Position numbers and translations under genes: made by a program | In this document: positions 20,481-30,536 of the stretch, one piece after another | Numbering within the stretch: position 1 is the stretch's first letter | Layout of the letters: each line of letters starts with the position of its first letter | The notes under the pieces: model-generated | The model's input: only the letters and a program-made list of their open reading frames with translations | Database searches by the model: none | What the model was told of the DNA's origin: nothing | From: Desulfurococcales archaeon | GTDB lineage: Archaea; Thermoproteota; Thermoprotei_A; Sulfolobales; NBVN01 | Assembly: GCA_015521295.1 (NCBI GenBank) | Contig: WAOL01000079.1 | Location: forward strand, 1-52,074 | Direction of reading: 5' to 3' | DNA: 52,074 nucleotides

Positions 20481-20500
20481 ATTGCATTGGTGAGGCATTC

Positions 20501-21664
20501 ATGAGGCGCGATAAGCTCATCGTGAAGGTGCTCTCATCAGTGCTTTATGAAGTCCTCAACCACAAGGTCTCAGTTGACGTGGCCTTCAAGAGGGCGTGTA
20601 AGGGGAGATGCGCTGATAGTCTTGAGGAAAGGGAGAAACTCTACAACATGGCGAGGGAACTTGTTTCCGATTACCTCAAGGTTCTATGCGTGAACACTAG
20701 ATTAAGAAGCTACGGGAAGATCGTGAGGTTCTGGCTAAGTAAGCAGTGGGACGACACTAACCTTCCGCCTTGGTGCCACTTATCCTATCAAAGGTGGTTT
20801 TACGAGAAGCTAGCATCGTTAGTAGGGGATGAGGTGGAGGAGTTACTGAGTGAAATGAACCGCAGGCGCTGGTGGTTAAGGATAAACACGCTGAAAGCTC
20901 CCGAGGAGAAAGTGCTTCGTCAGCTTGAGGATGAAGGCGTTGAATACGAGGTAGATAGGCACTTCCCCTACATGGTGTTCGTGAGGCACTCACCGAAACC
21001 CGTGAGGTTACTCAAGCCCGTCAAGGAATTTACGGCCATCCCTCAGGACAAGGCCTCAGCGGCGGTCGTTAACGCGCTCGATCCCGAACCAGGCGACGTC
21101 ATCTTAGACATGGCTGCAGCACCAGGAATGAAGACGTCACTGATAATGATGCTCACTGAGAACCGGGCACGAGTCGTCGCCGTAGACATTAGCTATAGGC
21201 GCCTACTAATGTGTGCCAACCTGCTCATGAAGCTTGGCGTTGATTTAAGTAAGGTACACTTAGTGGCAGCGGACTCAAGAGACGTGTTTCTCCGCAGCGT
21301 GTTCGACAAGGTACTGCTTGATGCCCCATGCAGCAACAGTGGGGCGGTGAGCAAGGATCCGGGAGTGAAGATCCACTTAACACCCTCGAAGGTAAGGTAT
21401 TACTCTGAGATTCAGAAGGACCTAATCAGTAGGGCAGTCAAGTGCGCCAGTAACCTAGTGGTGTACTCGACATGCTCAATAATGCCGGAGGAGGGGGAGG
21501 AAGTTATCGTAACGGTGCGTGATGCCGTTAGGCTTGTTAGGAAGTATCCTTGGTCCTCTCCAGGGTATAGGGTAGTGGACTTCCATGATAAGGTAATGCG
21601 TTTCTTCCCGCATAAGCACTTAACGGAGGCATTCTTCCTCGCCGTAATGGAAGTTACTGGATAG
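20501..21664 (+). CDS. Second NOL1/NOP2/RsmB family RNA m5C methyltransferase
   Basis: PQDKAS, DMAAAPGMKT, LLDAPCSNSG, YSTCS; ATG 20501 preferred because the GTG at 20462 lies inside sRNA B. Confidence 0.92.
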   Translation: MRRDKLIVKVLSSVLYEVLNHKVSVDVAFKRACKGRCADSLEEREKLYNMARELVSDYLKVLCVNTRLRSYGKIVRFWLSKQWDDTNLPPWCHLSYQRWFYEKLASLVGDEVEELLSEMNRRRWWLRINTLKAPEEKVLRQLEDEGVEYEVDRHFPYMVFVRHSPKPVRLLKPVKEFTAIPQDKASAAVVNALDPEPGDVILDMAAAPGMKTSLIMMLTENRARVVAVDISYRRLLMCANLLMKLGVDLSKVHLVAADSRDVFLRSVFDKVLLDAPCSNSGAVSKDPGVKIHLTPSKVRYYSEIQKDLISRAVKCASNLVVYSTCSIMPEEGEEVIVTVRDAVRLVRKYPWSSPGYRVVDFHDKVMRFFPHKHLTEAFFLAVMEVTG

Positions 21665-21725
21665 CCTATCCATTAAGGGTAAGTATAAGATTTCCCACGC
21701 AGAAAAAGCTTAAGGGTAAGCCTGC

Positions 21726-22166
21726 ATGAGCGTAAACACCCTAGATGCGACTTCAGAGGGAAAGAACATCAAGCGTAGACGCAGGGTTCTGGTTGCCAAG
21801 CTAGGTCTTGATGGTCATGACAGGGGAGCTAAGGTCGTAGCTAGGGCGCTTAGGGACGCGGGGTTTGAGGTGATTTACTTAGGCGTCCATCAAGCCCCGG
21901 AAGACGTTGTTGAGGCAGCAATAGAGGAGGACGTAGGGGTCGTCGGTGTTTCCATCCTTTCAGGCTCGCACATGGAGCTCGTTTCCGACCTACTGAAGCT
22001 GATGAGAGAGAAAGGATTAAACGTCCCCGTAGTCGTAGGCGGCATAATTCCGCCAGATGACGCTAAGGAACTCAAGAAAATGGGTGTTTTCGAGGTTCTA
22101 GGTCCTGGAACCCCGCTCCGCAAGGTTGTCGAGGTTTACGAGAAGGCGTTGGAGGTGAATAACTGA
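21726..22166 (+). CDS. Methylmalonyl-CoA mutase, cobalamin-binding subunit
   Basis: AKLGLDGHDRGAKV, GVSILSGSH, VGGIIP. Confidence 0.95.
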   Translation: MSVNTLDATSEGKNIKRRRRVLVAKLGLDGHDRGAKVVARALRDAGFEVIYLGVHQAPEDVVEAAIEEDVGVVGVSILSGSHMELVSDLLKLMREKGLNVPVVVGGIIPPDDAKELKKMGVFEVLGPGTPLRKVVEVYEKALEVNN

Positions 22167-22570
22167 TGAGGGAGCTTGATCACATAGGTATAGCCGTAAA
22201 GAACCTAGACGAAGCCATAAAGTTCTACCGTGACATACTGGGTCTCGAGCTAGTCGAGGTTGAGGAGGTTCCGGAGGAGAAGGTTAAGATCGCAATGTTT
22301 AAGGTGGGGTCCGTGTACATAGAGCTACTTCAAGGACTCAGCGAGGACTCAGCAATATCAAAATACATAGCTAAGCGCGGTGAAGGAATCCACCACATAG
22401 CGATTAGAGTGGAGAATGTCGACGCACTAACCAAGGAGTTGAAGGAGAAGGGCGTACGCGTAGTGTACGAGGAGCCGAAGTTAGTGTCCGGCGGTAAGAG
22501 GAAGATAAACTTCATACACCCAAAGGCAACACACGGCGTCCTCCTAGAAATCCTCGAGAGGTATGGGTGA
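22166..22570 (+). CDS. mce: Methylmalonyl-CoA epimerase
   Basis: DHIGIAV, GEGIHHIA, FIHPKATHGVLLE. Confidence 0.93.
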   Translation: MRELDHIGIAVKNLDEAIKFYRDILGLELVEVEEVPEEKVKIAMFKVGSVYIELLQGLSEDSAISKYIAKRGEGIHHIAIRVENVDALTKELKEKGVRVVYEEPKLVSGGKRKINFIHPKATHGVLLEILERYG

Positions 22571-24251
22571 GATGACAGACCTAGAGAAGATAAGGGAACG
22601 GATGAAGGAATGGAGCAAGGAGGTGCTGGAGCCAGTACTGAAGAAATTCCCTGAAAGGAAAGCAAAGTTTCTGACCGAGGAGGGCTTTGAGGTTCGGAGG
22701 GTTTACACGCCCCTAGACACAGAGGGTGTGGGATGGGAGTACCTCGAGAAGCTAGGGTTCCCAGGTGACTACCCATTCACACGCGGTGTTTACCCGACGA
22801 TGTACAGAGGGAGGCCATGGACGATAAGGCAGTACGCTGGCTTCGGGTCAGCAGAGGATACTAACGCTAGGTACCGCTACCTGCTAAGCATAGGTCAAAC
22901 AGGACTGAGTATGGCGTTCGACCTACCCACCCAATTAGGTCTAGACCCAGACCATAAACTAGCGTGGTATGAGGTCGGTAAAGTAGGCGTCTCAATGCCC
23001 TCAGTTAAGGAAATGGACTTAGTATTCAACGGCATCCCAATGGATAAGGTCTCAACGTCAATGACCATAAACGCGACCGCCATAGAGGTACTGTCAATGT
23101 ACGTCGCGGTCGCGGAGTCCAGAGGAATAGATAAGTCGATCCTCAGGGGAACGGTACAGAATGACATCCTCAAGGAATACATAGCGAGGAATAACTACAT
23201 CTACCCACCCCAACCATCAATGAGGTACGCCACAGACCTCATAATATACGCAGCGCAGAACATGCCTAAATGGAACTCCATAAGCATATCCGGGTACCAC
23301 TTCGAGGAGGCCGGAGCCACGCCCGCCATGGAGATAGCGTTCACGCTTGCGGACGCCATAGAGTACGTCAAGTACGTGCTCGAGCGCGGAGTCATGGACG
23401 TCGACAAGTTCGCTCCCAGACTCTCCTTCTTCTTCGCCGCAAGAACGAACCTCTTCGAGCAGGTAGCGAAGTTTAGAGCGGCTAGGAGGATGTGGGCTAA
23501 GATAATGAAGGAGAGGTTCGGCGCGAAGTCCAGGCGCTCAATGATGCTTAGGTTCCACACGCAGACGGCCGGCGTGTTGTTGACAGCCCAGCAACCACTA
23601 GTTAACCTGATAAGAACGACGATTCAGGCTCTCGCCGCCGTGCTGGGTGGCACGCAGTCACTGCACGTTAACTCCTACGATGAGGCATTATCGCTACCAA
23701 CGGAGGAATCGGTGAAGCTTTCGGTAAGGGTACAGCAGGTACTGCTCTACGAATCCGGCGTGATAGACACGGTGGATCCGTTAGGCGGCGCATACTACAT
23801 TGAGTGGTTAACGGATCAAATAGAGGAGAAAGCCTGGAAAATAATAGATGAGATAGAGAAGCTCGGGGGTATGGTGAGGGCCATAGAGGTCGGGTACCCG
23901 CAGCGTGAGATAGCTAAGGCAGCGTATGAGTGGCAGTTGAAGGTCGAGAAAGGAGAGATACCGTTCATAGGCATAAACATGTTCGTCGAGGAGGAAGAGC
24001 CGAAGATCAAGGTACTTAAGGTTGACCCAGAGGTCCGTGAGAGGGTAGTGAGTAGGTTACGCAAACTCAGGGAAGAGCGTGACCCCATCAAGGTGCGTGA
24101 CGCGCTAGATAAGGTAAGGCGCGTAGCAGAGGGTGAGGGCAACCTCTTCCCACCAATACTCGAGGCAGTCAAGGTTAAAGCCACCCTAGGCGAGATCTCC
24201 GGCGTACTAAGGGATGTTTGGGGAGAGTGGAGAGCGCCTGAAGTCTACTGA
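22563..24251 (+). CDS. Methylmalonyl-CoA mutase, substrate-binding (large) subunit
   Basis: PFTRGVYPTMY, WTIRQYAGF, GTVQNDILKE, GGTQSLHVNSYDEA. Confidence 0.96.
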   Translation: MGEMTDLEKIRERMKEWSKEVLEPVLKKFPERKAKFLTEEGFEVRRVYTPLDTEGVGWEYLEKLGFPGDYPFTRGVYPTMYRGRPWTIRQYAGFGSAEDTNARYRYLLSIGQTGLSMAFDLPTQLGLDPDHKLAWYEVGKVGVSMPSVKEMDLVFNGIPMDKVSTSMTINATAIEVLSMYVAVAESRGIDKSILRGTVQNDILKEYIARNNYIYPPQPSMRYATDLIIYAAQNMPKWNSISISGYHFEEAGATPAMEIAFTLADAIEYVKYVLERGVMDVDKFAPRLSFFFAARTNLFEQVAKFRAARRMWAKIMKERFGAKSRRSMMLRFHTQTAGVLLTAQQPLVNLIRTTIQALAAVLGGTQSLHVNSYDEALSLPTEESVKLSVRVQQVLLYESGVIDTVDPLGGAYYIEWLTDQIEEKAWKIIDEIEKLGGMVRAIEVGYPQREIAKAAYEWQLKVEKGEIPFIGINMFVEEEEPKIKVLKVDPEVRERVVSRLRKLREERDPIKVRDALDKVRRVAEGEGNLFPPILEAVKVKATLGEISGVLRDVWGEWRAPEVY

Positions 24252-24267
24252 AATCAGTTTCACCACA

Positions 24268-24819
24268 TTAAAACTTCAGCAACCCACCCTCAATACCTGC
24301 CAAAATTTCGGGAGTTTCCCTCAACTCCTCAACTTTCTTCCCAATAACTATGAACACTGCTAACCCTCTGCACTCTTCTCTCAACGCCTCCACTAGTGAC
24401 CTACTAAGGTCCTTAGCTGCCTTACTCGCCCGCACCATGACCGTGTTGGGCGCCACGTAACTGGATTTCCTGATTATGATCCTATTAGGATCATCCAAGC
24501 TCAGCCCAGGGTCTCCAGAGCCCTTAATGACGTCGACGTCTCCATGTTCCGTGAGTATTAAAGCGATAACTAACGCTCCGGGAACCCTAATCGTTTCCTT
24601 AAACCTAGGGCTGAAGTGCTTGAGTCCCTTATCTGCGGATACGCCGATTATGCAGTCGCCGCGAGGCGTTAACTCCGGTTCCCGGGTGATTTCCACGGTG
24701 GTTCTGTGCGTGGCCCTTACGTTTTTATGTCCCTTGAACCTCACGACCTCTATGCAGAACCAGTCACCGCACCAGCCCGTAACCATGGCTGAACACAAAT
24801 TACTGATCGTAAACCACAA
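24268..24819 (-). CDS. DUF371 protein
   Basis: GHKNVRATHRTTVEIT, LTPRGDCIIGV, IIRKS. Confidence 0.88.
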   Translation of the reverse strand: MWFTISNLCSAMVTGWCGDWFCIEVVRFKGHKNVRATHRTTVEITREPELTPRGDCIIGVSADKGLKHFSPRFKETIRVPGALVIALILTEHGDVDVIKGSGDPGLSLDDPNRIIIRKSSYVAPNTVMVRASKAAKDLSRSLVEALREECRGLAVFIVIGKKVEELRETPEILAGIEGGLLKF

Positions 24820-24839
24820 TATAATGGTGTACTTCGGGG

Positions 24840-25520
24840 TTGGATGCAGAATCCCGAGACTACAGCGCGGAGCGCAGGAGGCTTGTGGAATCGCTGATTG
24901 CTGAAGGGATACTTAGGACGCCCGAGGTAATTCAGGCATTCCTCAAGGTTCCGCGCGAGGAGTTCGTTCCTCCTGAGCTTAGGGACTACGCGTACGATGA
25001 TAGGCCATTGCCCATAGGGTATGGGCAGACCATTAGCGCTCCTCACATGGTAGCGATAATGACTGAGGAGCTAAGCCCTAGACGTGGTGATAAGGTGCTT
25101 GAGGTAGGTACGGGGAGTGGTTACCAAGCAGCAATACTGGCGGAGATCGTAAAGCCCGAGGGACACGTGTGGACTATAGAGCGTGTCAGAGAACTTGTTG
25201 AGTTCGCACGCAATAACTTGCGGAGAGTAGGCTACGACAGGTACGTTACGGTGGTTCACGGAGACGGCTCTTTAGGCCTGCCAGAACACGCGCCATATGA
25301 CAGGATAATAGTTACGGCCGCCGCCCCCTCAATACCTGAGAGCTTAGTGAAGCAGTTGAAACCCAGAGGGAGGATGGTCATCCCTGTTGGGGGACGATAC
25401 TATCAAGTCCTCAAGATCGTTAATAAGGATGAAAGCGGTAACATCAAAGTAAGTAATTCCGTACCATGTATATTCGTACCGCTGATAGGTAGGAACGGGT
25501 TCAGCGAATACGAGTTCTGA
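24840..25520 (+). CDS. pcm: Protein-L-isoaspartate O-methyltransferase
   Basis: GQTISAPHM, VLEVGTGSGY, APYDRIIVTAAAP, FVPLIG. Confidence 0.96.
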   Translation: MDAESRDYSAERRRLVESLIAEGILRTPEVIQAFLKVPREEFVPPELRDYAYDDRPLPIGYGQTISAPHMVAIMTEELSPRRGDKVLEVGTGSGYQAAILAEIVKPEGHVWTIERVRELVEFARNNLRRVGYDRYVTVVHGDGSLGLPEHAPYDRIIVTAAAPSIPESLVKQLKPRGRMVIPVGGRYYQVLKIVNKDESGNIKVSNSVPCIFVPLIGRNGFSEYEF

Positions 25521-25538
25521 ACGCTCAAAGCTTTTAAA

Positions 25539-26231
25539 TTGCGTACTGCTCTATCCTTAGCAGGTGGTGTGATGCCGGAGTTCAAGGTAGTGGTTAACGA
25601 TCCGGAAGCTGGTGATCCGAGACCTATTCTAGTTAAGGTTGTCGGGTCAGACGACCTAAAGTACGATGAGAAGCATAAGGAAGGTAAGGCAATGATCGAA
25701 GGAAAGATGAACCCGAAAACCTTCGAACTACTCAAGGCACCGTACAAGATAATAACGCTACGGATATGGAAGGACAGGTCCAAAGGAGAAAAAGTAAACT
25801 TCACCATCCGCGTAACCACGGACGACTCAGTCCCTGAATTCACCTTACTTGTCCCCTCAGCCCTACTGGCGGAGAAGGTAGGTGAGGAGGAAGTACTTGG
25901 CGAAGTGTTCAGGGCTAAGGCATTCCAAGTAACCGTAACTGGCGACAAGGCCGCGGCATTCCTAGAGAAACGCATAGGCGATTACGTTGACTCCTCCGTA
26001 GTTGGGATACCCGGCATGAAGCTCCTCATAACCGGCGGTTCAGACAACACGGGGTTCCCGATGCTAAAGACGCTACCGGGAGGCGTTAAGAAAGCACTAC
26101 TACTCTCTGGACCTCCAGGATTCCACCCGAAGAACAAGGGCGAGCGCAGGAGGAAGTACGTTAGAGGCAATACGATAACGGAGGACATAGTGCAGATAAA
26201 CACGAAGCTCGTTAAGGAGGCCGAGGCGTAA
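25539..26231 (+). CDS. rps6e: 30S ribosomal protein S6e, long crenarchaeal form (start probably 25572)
   Basis: MPEFKVVVNDP, ITGGSDNTGFPM, GERRRKYVRGNTI. Confidence 0.95.
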   Translation: MRTALSLAGGVMPEFKVVVNDPEAGDPRPILVKVVGSDDLKYDEKHKEGKAMIEGKMNPKTFELLKAPYKIITLRIWKDRSKGEKVNFTIRVTTDDSVPEFTLLVPSALLAEKVGEEEVLGEVFRAKAFQVTVTGDKAAAFLEKRIGDYVDSSVVGIPGMKLLITGGSDNTGFPMLKTLPGGVKKALLLSGPPGFHPKNKGERRRKYVRGNTITEDIVQINTKLVKEAEA

Positions 26232-26253
26232 AGGAGGACAGAGTTAGCGGTGA

Positions 26254-26694
26254 TTAATCAACAACCATTATTTCAGCCTTAACCAGTGACTCACCCCTTG
26301 GACACTTTAACTTCTCCCTCACGCTAACGACCTTAACCTTACCCTCATCAGGAAGTAGGTCAGGTCGGCACAGCTTAAAGAACTCACACTCAGTATTGCT
26401 GCAATCAACTTTCCTGTACCTGAAAATCATCCCCTCGACAGCATACCTCTTCGGTATTGCTGCCGGTACAGCTACTTCCTCGACAGCGACAGTGATTACA
26501 TACTTGTTTATTGGGCAGCGATTCTTTATTCCTAAGACCCTCACCACTCTATACGTGTGGCCCTCCTTCAGCTTATCCACGCATACCTTCCTAAACCTGC
26601 AGTTCATGCATTCCGGTGAGGGTCCTGTGAATAAGAACGTGTATCCCTCCCGGGCTACGAGGTAACTGACGAGCGTTATGGTTCCCGAACCCAT
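26254..26694 (-). CDS. UPF0179 family Cys-rich protein
   Basis: ITLV..AREGYTF, CMNCRFRKVC, C-terminal CP; commonly adjacent to egsA. Confidence 0.85.
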   Translation of the reverse strand: MGSGTITLVSYLVAREGYTFLFTGPSPECMNCRFRKVCVDKLKEGHTYRVVRVLGIKNRCPINKYVITVAVEEVAVPAAIPKRYAVEGMIFRYRKVDCSNTECEFFKLCRPDLLPDEGKVKVVSVREKLKCPRGESLVKAEIMVVD

Positions 26695-26812
26695 AGTGCG
26701 TCGACCTAAGGTCTTCTAGGAATGAGGTCTATAAACAATTGTGAGGTAATCATTAGTAATTAAAGTAAGCATCACATTACACGACTTCCCAGCTGATATT
26801 CTTAGATTAACA

Positions 26813-27853
26813 TTAGTCTATGACGCCAGTGTGCTTGGCAAGCCTCTCGGCTGCCTCCCACGTCAGGCCTGACTCGCCGAGTATCGTGTACCTCTCTGGC
26901 CTAATCCTATGTGCTTTCGTGAGTGCCTCTATAATGTCAACGTCCCTAACGCCTAGTTCCTTAGCCGTTGTTGGTAAGCCCATCTTCTTTATCAGTGACC
27001 TTATTTTCCTCCAATTCCTGCCGTGTAGATACGCCATCATGATCGTGCCTAGCGCTACCTGCTCGCCGTGCAGTGCTGGGTACTTAGCGACAATATCTAG
27101 GGCGTGACTGAAGAGATGCTCCGAACCACTGGCCGGTCTAGTGGATCCGGCTATGCACATAGCGACTGATGCGCTAGTCAACCCCTCAAGCACTATCCTC
27201 ACGGCTTCGGGCTTCATGAGGGATATGAGGTTAGCGGCGCTCAGAACGTGCTTCGCGGAAAGCAGCGAGAGTGAGGCGGCGTACTCGCCGTAGTACTCTC
27301 CCTTCAGCCTATGGGCTAACCTCCAGTCAAGAACAGCGGTGAACTTCCCTACAAGGTCCCCAGCACCTGCCTTGAGGAGTCTGGGAGGTGCCTTCATTAT
27401 GACTTTCACGTCAGCTATTATCGCTAGTGGCGGTGACGCCTTAACCGACGTTACCCTCCCTAACCCCCTAATGGATGCGAACGGCGATGCTATCCCGTCA
27501 TGCGATGCGGCCGTCGGAACGCTAATGAAGGGCACCTTCGTCCTAGAGGAAACGAATTTCGCGGCATCTATCGCTTTCCCGCCGCCTAATCCTACTAGCA
27601 CGGTGGGCCTGAATTCCGTGATGTAATCTAGGAGGGCCTCCACGTCCCCTATGTTTGAGGTCTTGACTATTCCTACCTCATAGTTCAGGTCCTGTTCGCC
27701 AATAATCCGCTCGACCCTAGTCCCCACAATGGATCTGACCCTAGGACCCGTTATTATGTATACTCTATCCCCAAGACCTAGTTCCTTAATTACCGCGGGG
27801 ATAGTATCAATGGTGTCATTACCTATCACGATTTTCTTCGGCAGATCAATCAC
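26813..27853 (-). CDS. egsA: NAD(P)-dependent glycerol-1-phosphate dehydrogenase
   Basis: GGGKAIDAAK, PTAASHDGIAS, RPASGSEHLFSH, LHGEQV. Confidence 0.96.
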   Translation of the reverse strand: MIDLPKKIVIGNDTIDTIPAVIKELGLGDRVYIITGPRVRSIVGTRVERIIGEQDLNYEVGIVKTSNIGDVEALLDYITEFRPTVLVGLGGGKAIDAAKFVSSRTKVPFISVPTAASHDGIASPFASIRGLGRVTSVKASPPLAIIADVKVIMKAPPRLLKAGAGDLVGKFTAVLDWRLAHRLKGEYYGEYAASLSLLSAKHVLSAANLISLMKPEAVRIVLEGLTSASVAMCIAGSTRPASGSEHLFSHALDIVAKYPALHGEQVALGTIMMAYLHGRNWRKIRSLIKKMGLPTTAKELGVRDVDIIEALTKAHRIRPERYTILGESGLTWEAAERLAKHTGVID

Positions 27854-27972
27854 GTGCAGCGATGACTCTTGAATACTTTGCAGCCCGCAACACCTTCATA
27901 CCAGTAACCTTTATTTTACTAATTAAGGTTTACACCGTAGCAGGTAAGTAACGAGTTAGTGGGTGTTTAACC

Positions 27973-28566
27973 GTGGCTAGAGTTATTCATGGAACAACTA
28001 CGGTCGGGCTGAAGGTAAAGGATGGCGTAATCCTGGCCGCCGACAAAAGGGCGAGCACAGGCTACTACATAGCCCACAAGAAAGTAAGAAAGATCGTCAA
28101 AATAGATGATCACGTAGTCATGACTACGGCGGGCCTAGTAGCGGATGCCCAGATGCTTGCATCTCAGCTCCAGTATATCGCTAGGCAGCATAAGATGGAG
28201 ACGGGCAAGCCAATAAGTATAAAGTCACTTGCATCGTACCTTGGCCTCCTCCTAAACTCATACAAGTACTACCCATTCATAGTTCAGCTCCTCCTCGGCG
28301 GCTACGACGACGAGCCACACCTATACGCGATCGAGTGGTTCGGGGATTACGTTGAGGAGGACTACGCGGTAACTGGTTCGGGATCGCCTGTGGCCGTGGG
28401 TATTCTTGAGGCGGAGTACAGTAAAGATTTAAGCATTGATGACGCAATTAACTTAGCCGTTAAGGCCGTTAGGTCAGCTATACGGAGAGACGTGTTCACC
28501 GGTGAAGCAGTTGATGTAGCAGTGGTCACTAGGGATTATGTGAAGATATACTCTTTTCCGAGGTAA
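27973..28566 (+). CDS. psmB: Proteasome beta subunit
   Basis: HG/TTTVG, AADKRAS, AGLVADAQ, TGSGS. Confidence 0.97.
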   Translation: MARVIHGTTTVGLKVKDGVILAADKRASTGYYIAHKKVRKIVKIDDHVVMTTAGLVADAQMLASQLQYIARQHKMETGKPISIKSLASYLGLLLNSYKYYPFIVQLLLGGYDDEPHLYAIEWFGDYVEEDYAVTGSGSPVAVGILEAEYSKDLSIDDAINLAVKAVRSAIRRDVFTGEAVDVAVVTRDYVKIYSFPR

Positions 28567-28574
28567 GGACCGTC

Positions 28575-30536
28575 ATGGGGCTTGTGGATAGGGTTCGTAA
28601 GAGGATAGTTGAGGAAATATTCAAAAGAATTCCACCTGAAGCCCAGCTAACTAGGGTGGAGTTCGAAGGGCCAGTGATAGCTATCTACGTCAAAAACGTC
28701 AGGTTCATTGTCGAGAATGAGGGAATCATAAAGACCCTTGCCAAGACCCTCAGAAAGAGGATAGTCATAAGGGTCGATGAAAGCGCTAGGTTGCCTGAGA
28801 AGGAAGCAAAGAAAAGAATACTGCAGCTCCTCCCCGAAAGCGTTGGTGTCAAGCCAGAAAACATATCGTTCGACAAGGTATTAGGCGAAGTTATCATCAG
28901 GGCACGGAACTCCGAGATATTCTTCCACGACAGGAAGCTACTCTACAACATAATATTTGTAGAGACTGGGTGGAGACCATCCATAGTCCGTGAACCACCG
29001 CTTCGCTCGAAGATTCTCGAGGCGGCGCTCAATTACATGATAGCGCAATCAGACTACAGGAGAGATGTCCTGAGAACGATTGGTGAGAGGATACATAGAG
29101 AAACAATATTCAAGGACCAGTACCTAAGGATAACAGCGCTCGGCGGTTTCAGGGAGGTAGGGCGCTCAGCAATTTTAGTGGAGACTGCGGAGTCTAAGGT
29201 GCTGCTGGACTTCGGTTTTAATCCAAGCGCACCTTCGGCGAAACAAATGATGCCGAGGCTCGACGCTTTAGGCATAAATCCAGAAGAAATAGATGCTGTC
29301 GTGCTAACGCATGCCCACTTAGATCACTGCGGCCTGATACCTTTTCTATTCAAATACGGCTATCAGGGACCCGTGTACGCAACGAGAGCGACTAGGGACC
29401 TCATGGTACTGCTTCAGCTGGACCTCTTAGACATTTCTAAGCGGGAGGGCAAGCCACTTCCCTACGACATAAAGGACGTGCATAAGGCGTTACTACACAC
29501 GATACCGCTGAAGTATGGTGAAGTGACGGATATCACGCCAGACATCAGGATAACGCTGTACAACGCTGGTCACATACTGGGCTCGGCAATGGTGCATATG
29601 CACGTGGGATCAGGCCTACACAACATAGTCTACACAGGTGACTTCAAGTTCGGCCGGACAAGGTTGCTTAACAAGGCACACACGGAATTCCCCAGAGTAG
29701 ACACGCTGATCATGGAGTCAACGTACGGTGGCGTGGTGCAGAAGCCCAGAAAGGAGGCTGAGGAGGAGTTCATAACCCTCATAAAGAAAACCATAGAGCG
29801 CAAAGGAAAAGTTCTAATACCCGCCTTAGCCGTGGGTAGGGCACAGGAGGTAATGGTCATAATAGCGTTCGCTATGCAGTCTGGGGCCCTGCCGGAAGTA
29901 CCGGTCTACATAGAGGGCATGATTAATGAAGTAACAGCTATACACACAGCTTACCCAGAACTCCTCTCAAGGGAGGTTAGGGAGAAGATATACTCTGCGG
30001 AGAACCCGTTCACCTACAAGACGTTTAAGGTGCTTGAGGGTAAGACAGCGAGGGCAGACATCGTCGAGTCGGAAGAACCATGCATAATAATCGCCACGTC
30101 TGGTATGCTGACGGGCGGGCCAGCGGTCGAGTACTTCAGGCTCATGGCGCCCAACCCGAAGAACACCTTAATCTTCGTGAACTACCAAGTGGAAGGCACT
30201 CTAGGCAGGAAAATAAAGGACAGGATGGAGTCAGACTCACCGATAAAGGAAGTCAACGTCGTAGTTGGAGATAAGATAGAGACCATAAGGATAAACATGG
30301 AGGTACATTCAGTAGAGGGTTTCTCAGGACACTCAGACCATAGGCAGTTACTGGCGTACCTAGCCAACATAAACCCCAAGCCGAAGAGAATCATACTGAA
30401 TCATGGTGAGCCAGAAGCGATACGTGCCTTAGCAAACTCGATAAGCAAGAAGATACAGAAGAAGACACTCCCACTGCCGCAGGACGTAGAGCTATACGCG
30501 CCGAGAGTGCTCGATTCCCTCTCCCTGGTGATATAA
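28575..30536 (+). CDS. fttA: beta-CASP ribonuclease aCPSF1 / transcription termination factor FttA
   Basis: N-terminal KH region, THAHLDHCG, AGHILGS, GFSGHSD, NHGE; follows psmB. Confidence 0.96.
   Translation: MGLVDRVRKRIVEEIFKRIPPEAQLTRVEFEGPVIAIYVKNVRFIVENEGIIKTLAKTLRKRIVIRVDESARLPEKEAKKRILQLLPESVGVKPENISFDKVLGEVIIRARNSEIFFHDRKLLYNIIFVETGWRPSIVREPPLRSKILEAALNYMIAQSDYRRDVLRTIGERIHRETIFKDQYLRITALGGFREVGRSAILVETAESKVLLDFGFNPSAPSAKQMMPRLDALGINPEEIDAVVLTHAHLDHCGLIPFLFKYGYQGPVYATRATRDLMVLLQLDLLDISKREGKPLPYDIKDVHKALLHTIPLKYGEVTDITPDIRITLYNAGHILGSAMVHMHVGSGLHNIVYTGDFKFGRTRLLNKAHTEFPRVDTLIMESTYGGVVQKPRKEAEEEFITLIKKTIERKGKVLIPALAVGRAQEVMVIIAFAMQSGALPEVPVYIEGMINEVTAIHTAYPELLSREVREKIYSAENPFTYKTFKVLEGKTARADIVESEEPCIIIATSGMLTGGPAVEYFRLMAPNPKNTLIFVNYQVEGTLGRKIKDRMESDSPIKEVNVVVGDKIETIRINMEVHSVEGFSGHSDHRQLLAYLANINPKPKRIILNHGEPEAIRALANSISKKIQKKTLPLPQDVELYAPRVLDSLSLVI

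Noticed and set aside
20462-20500. GTG start for the second m5C methylase
   Set aside because: Lies inside C/D sRNA B; ATG 20501 has a GGTGAGG SD-like sequence upstream
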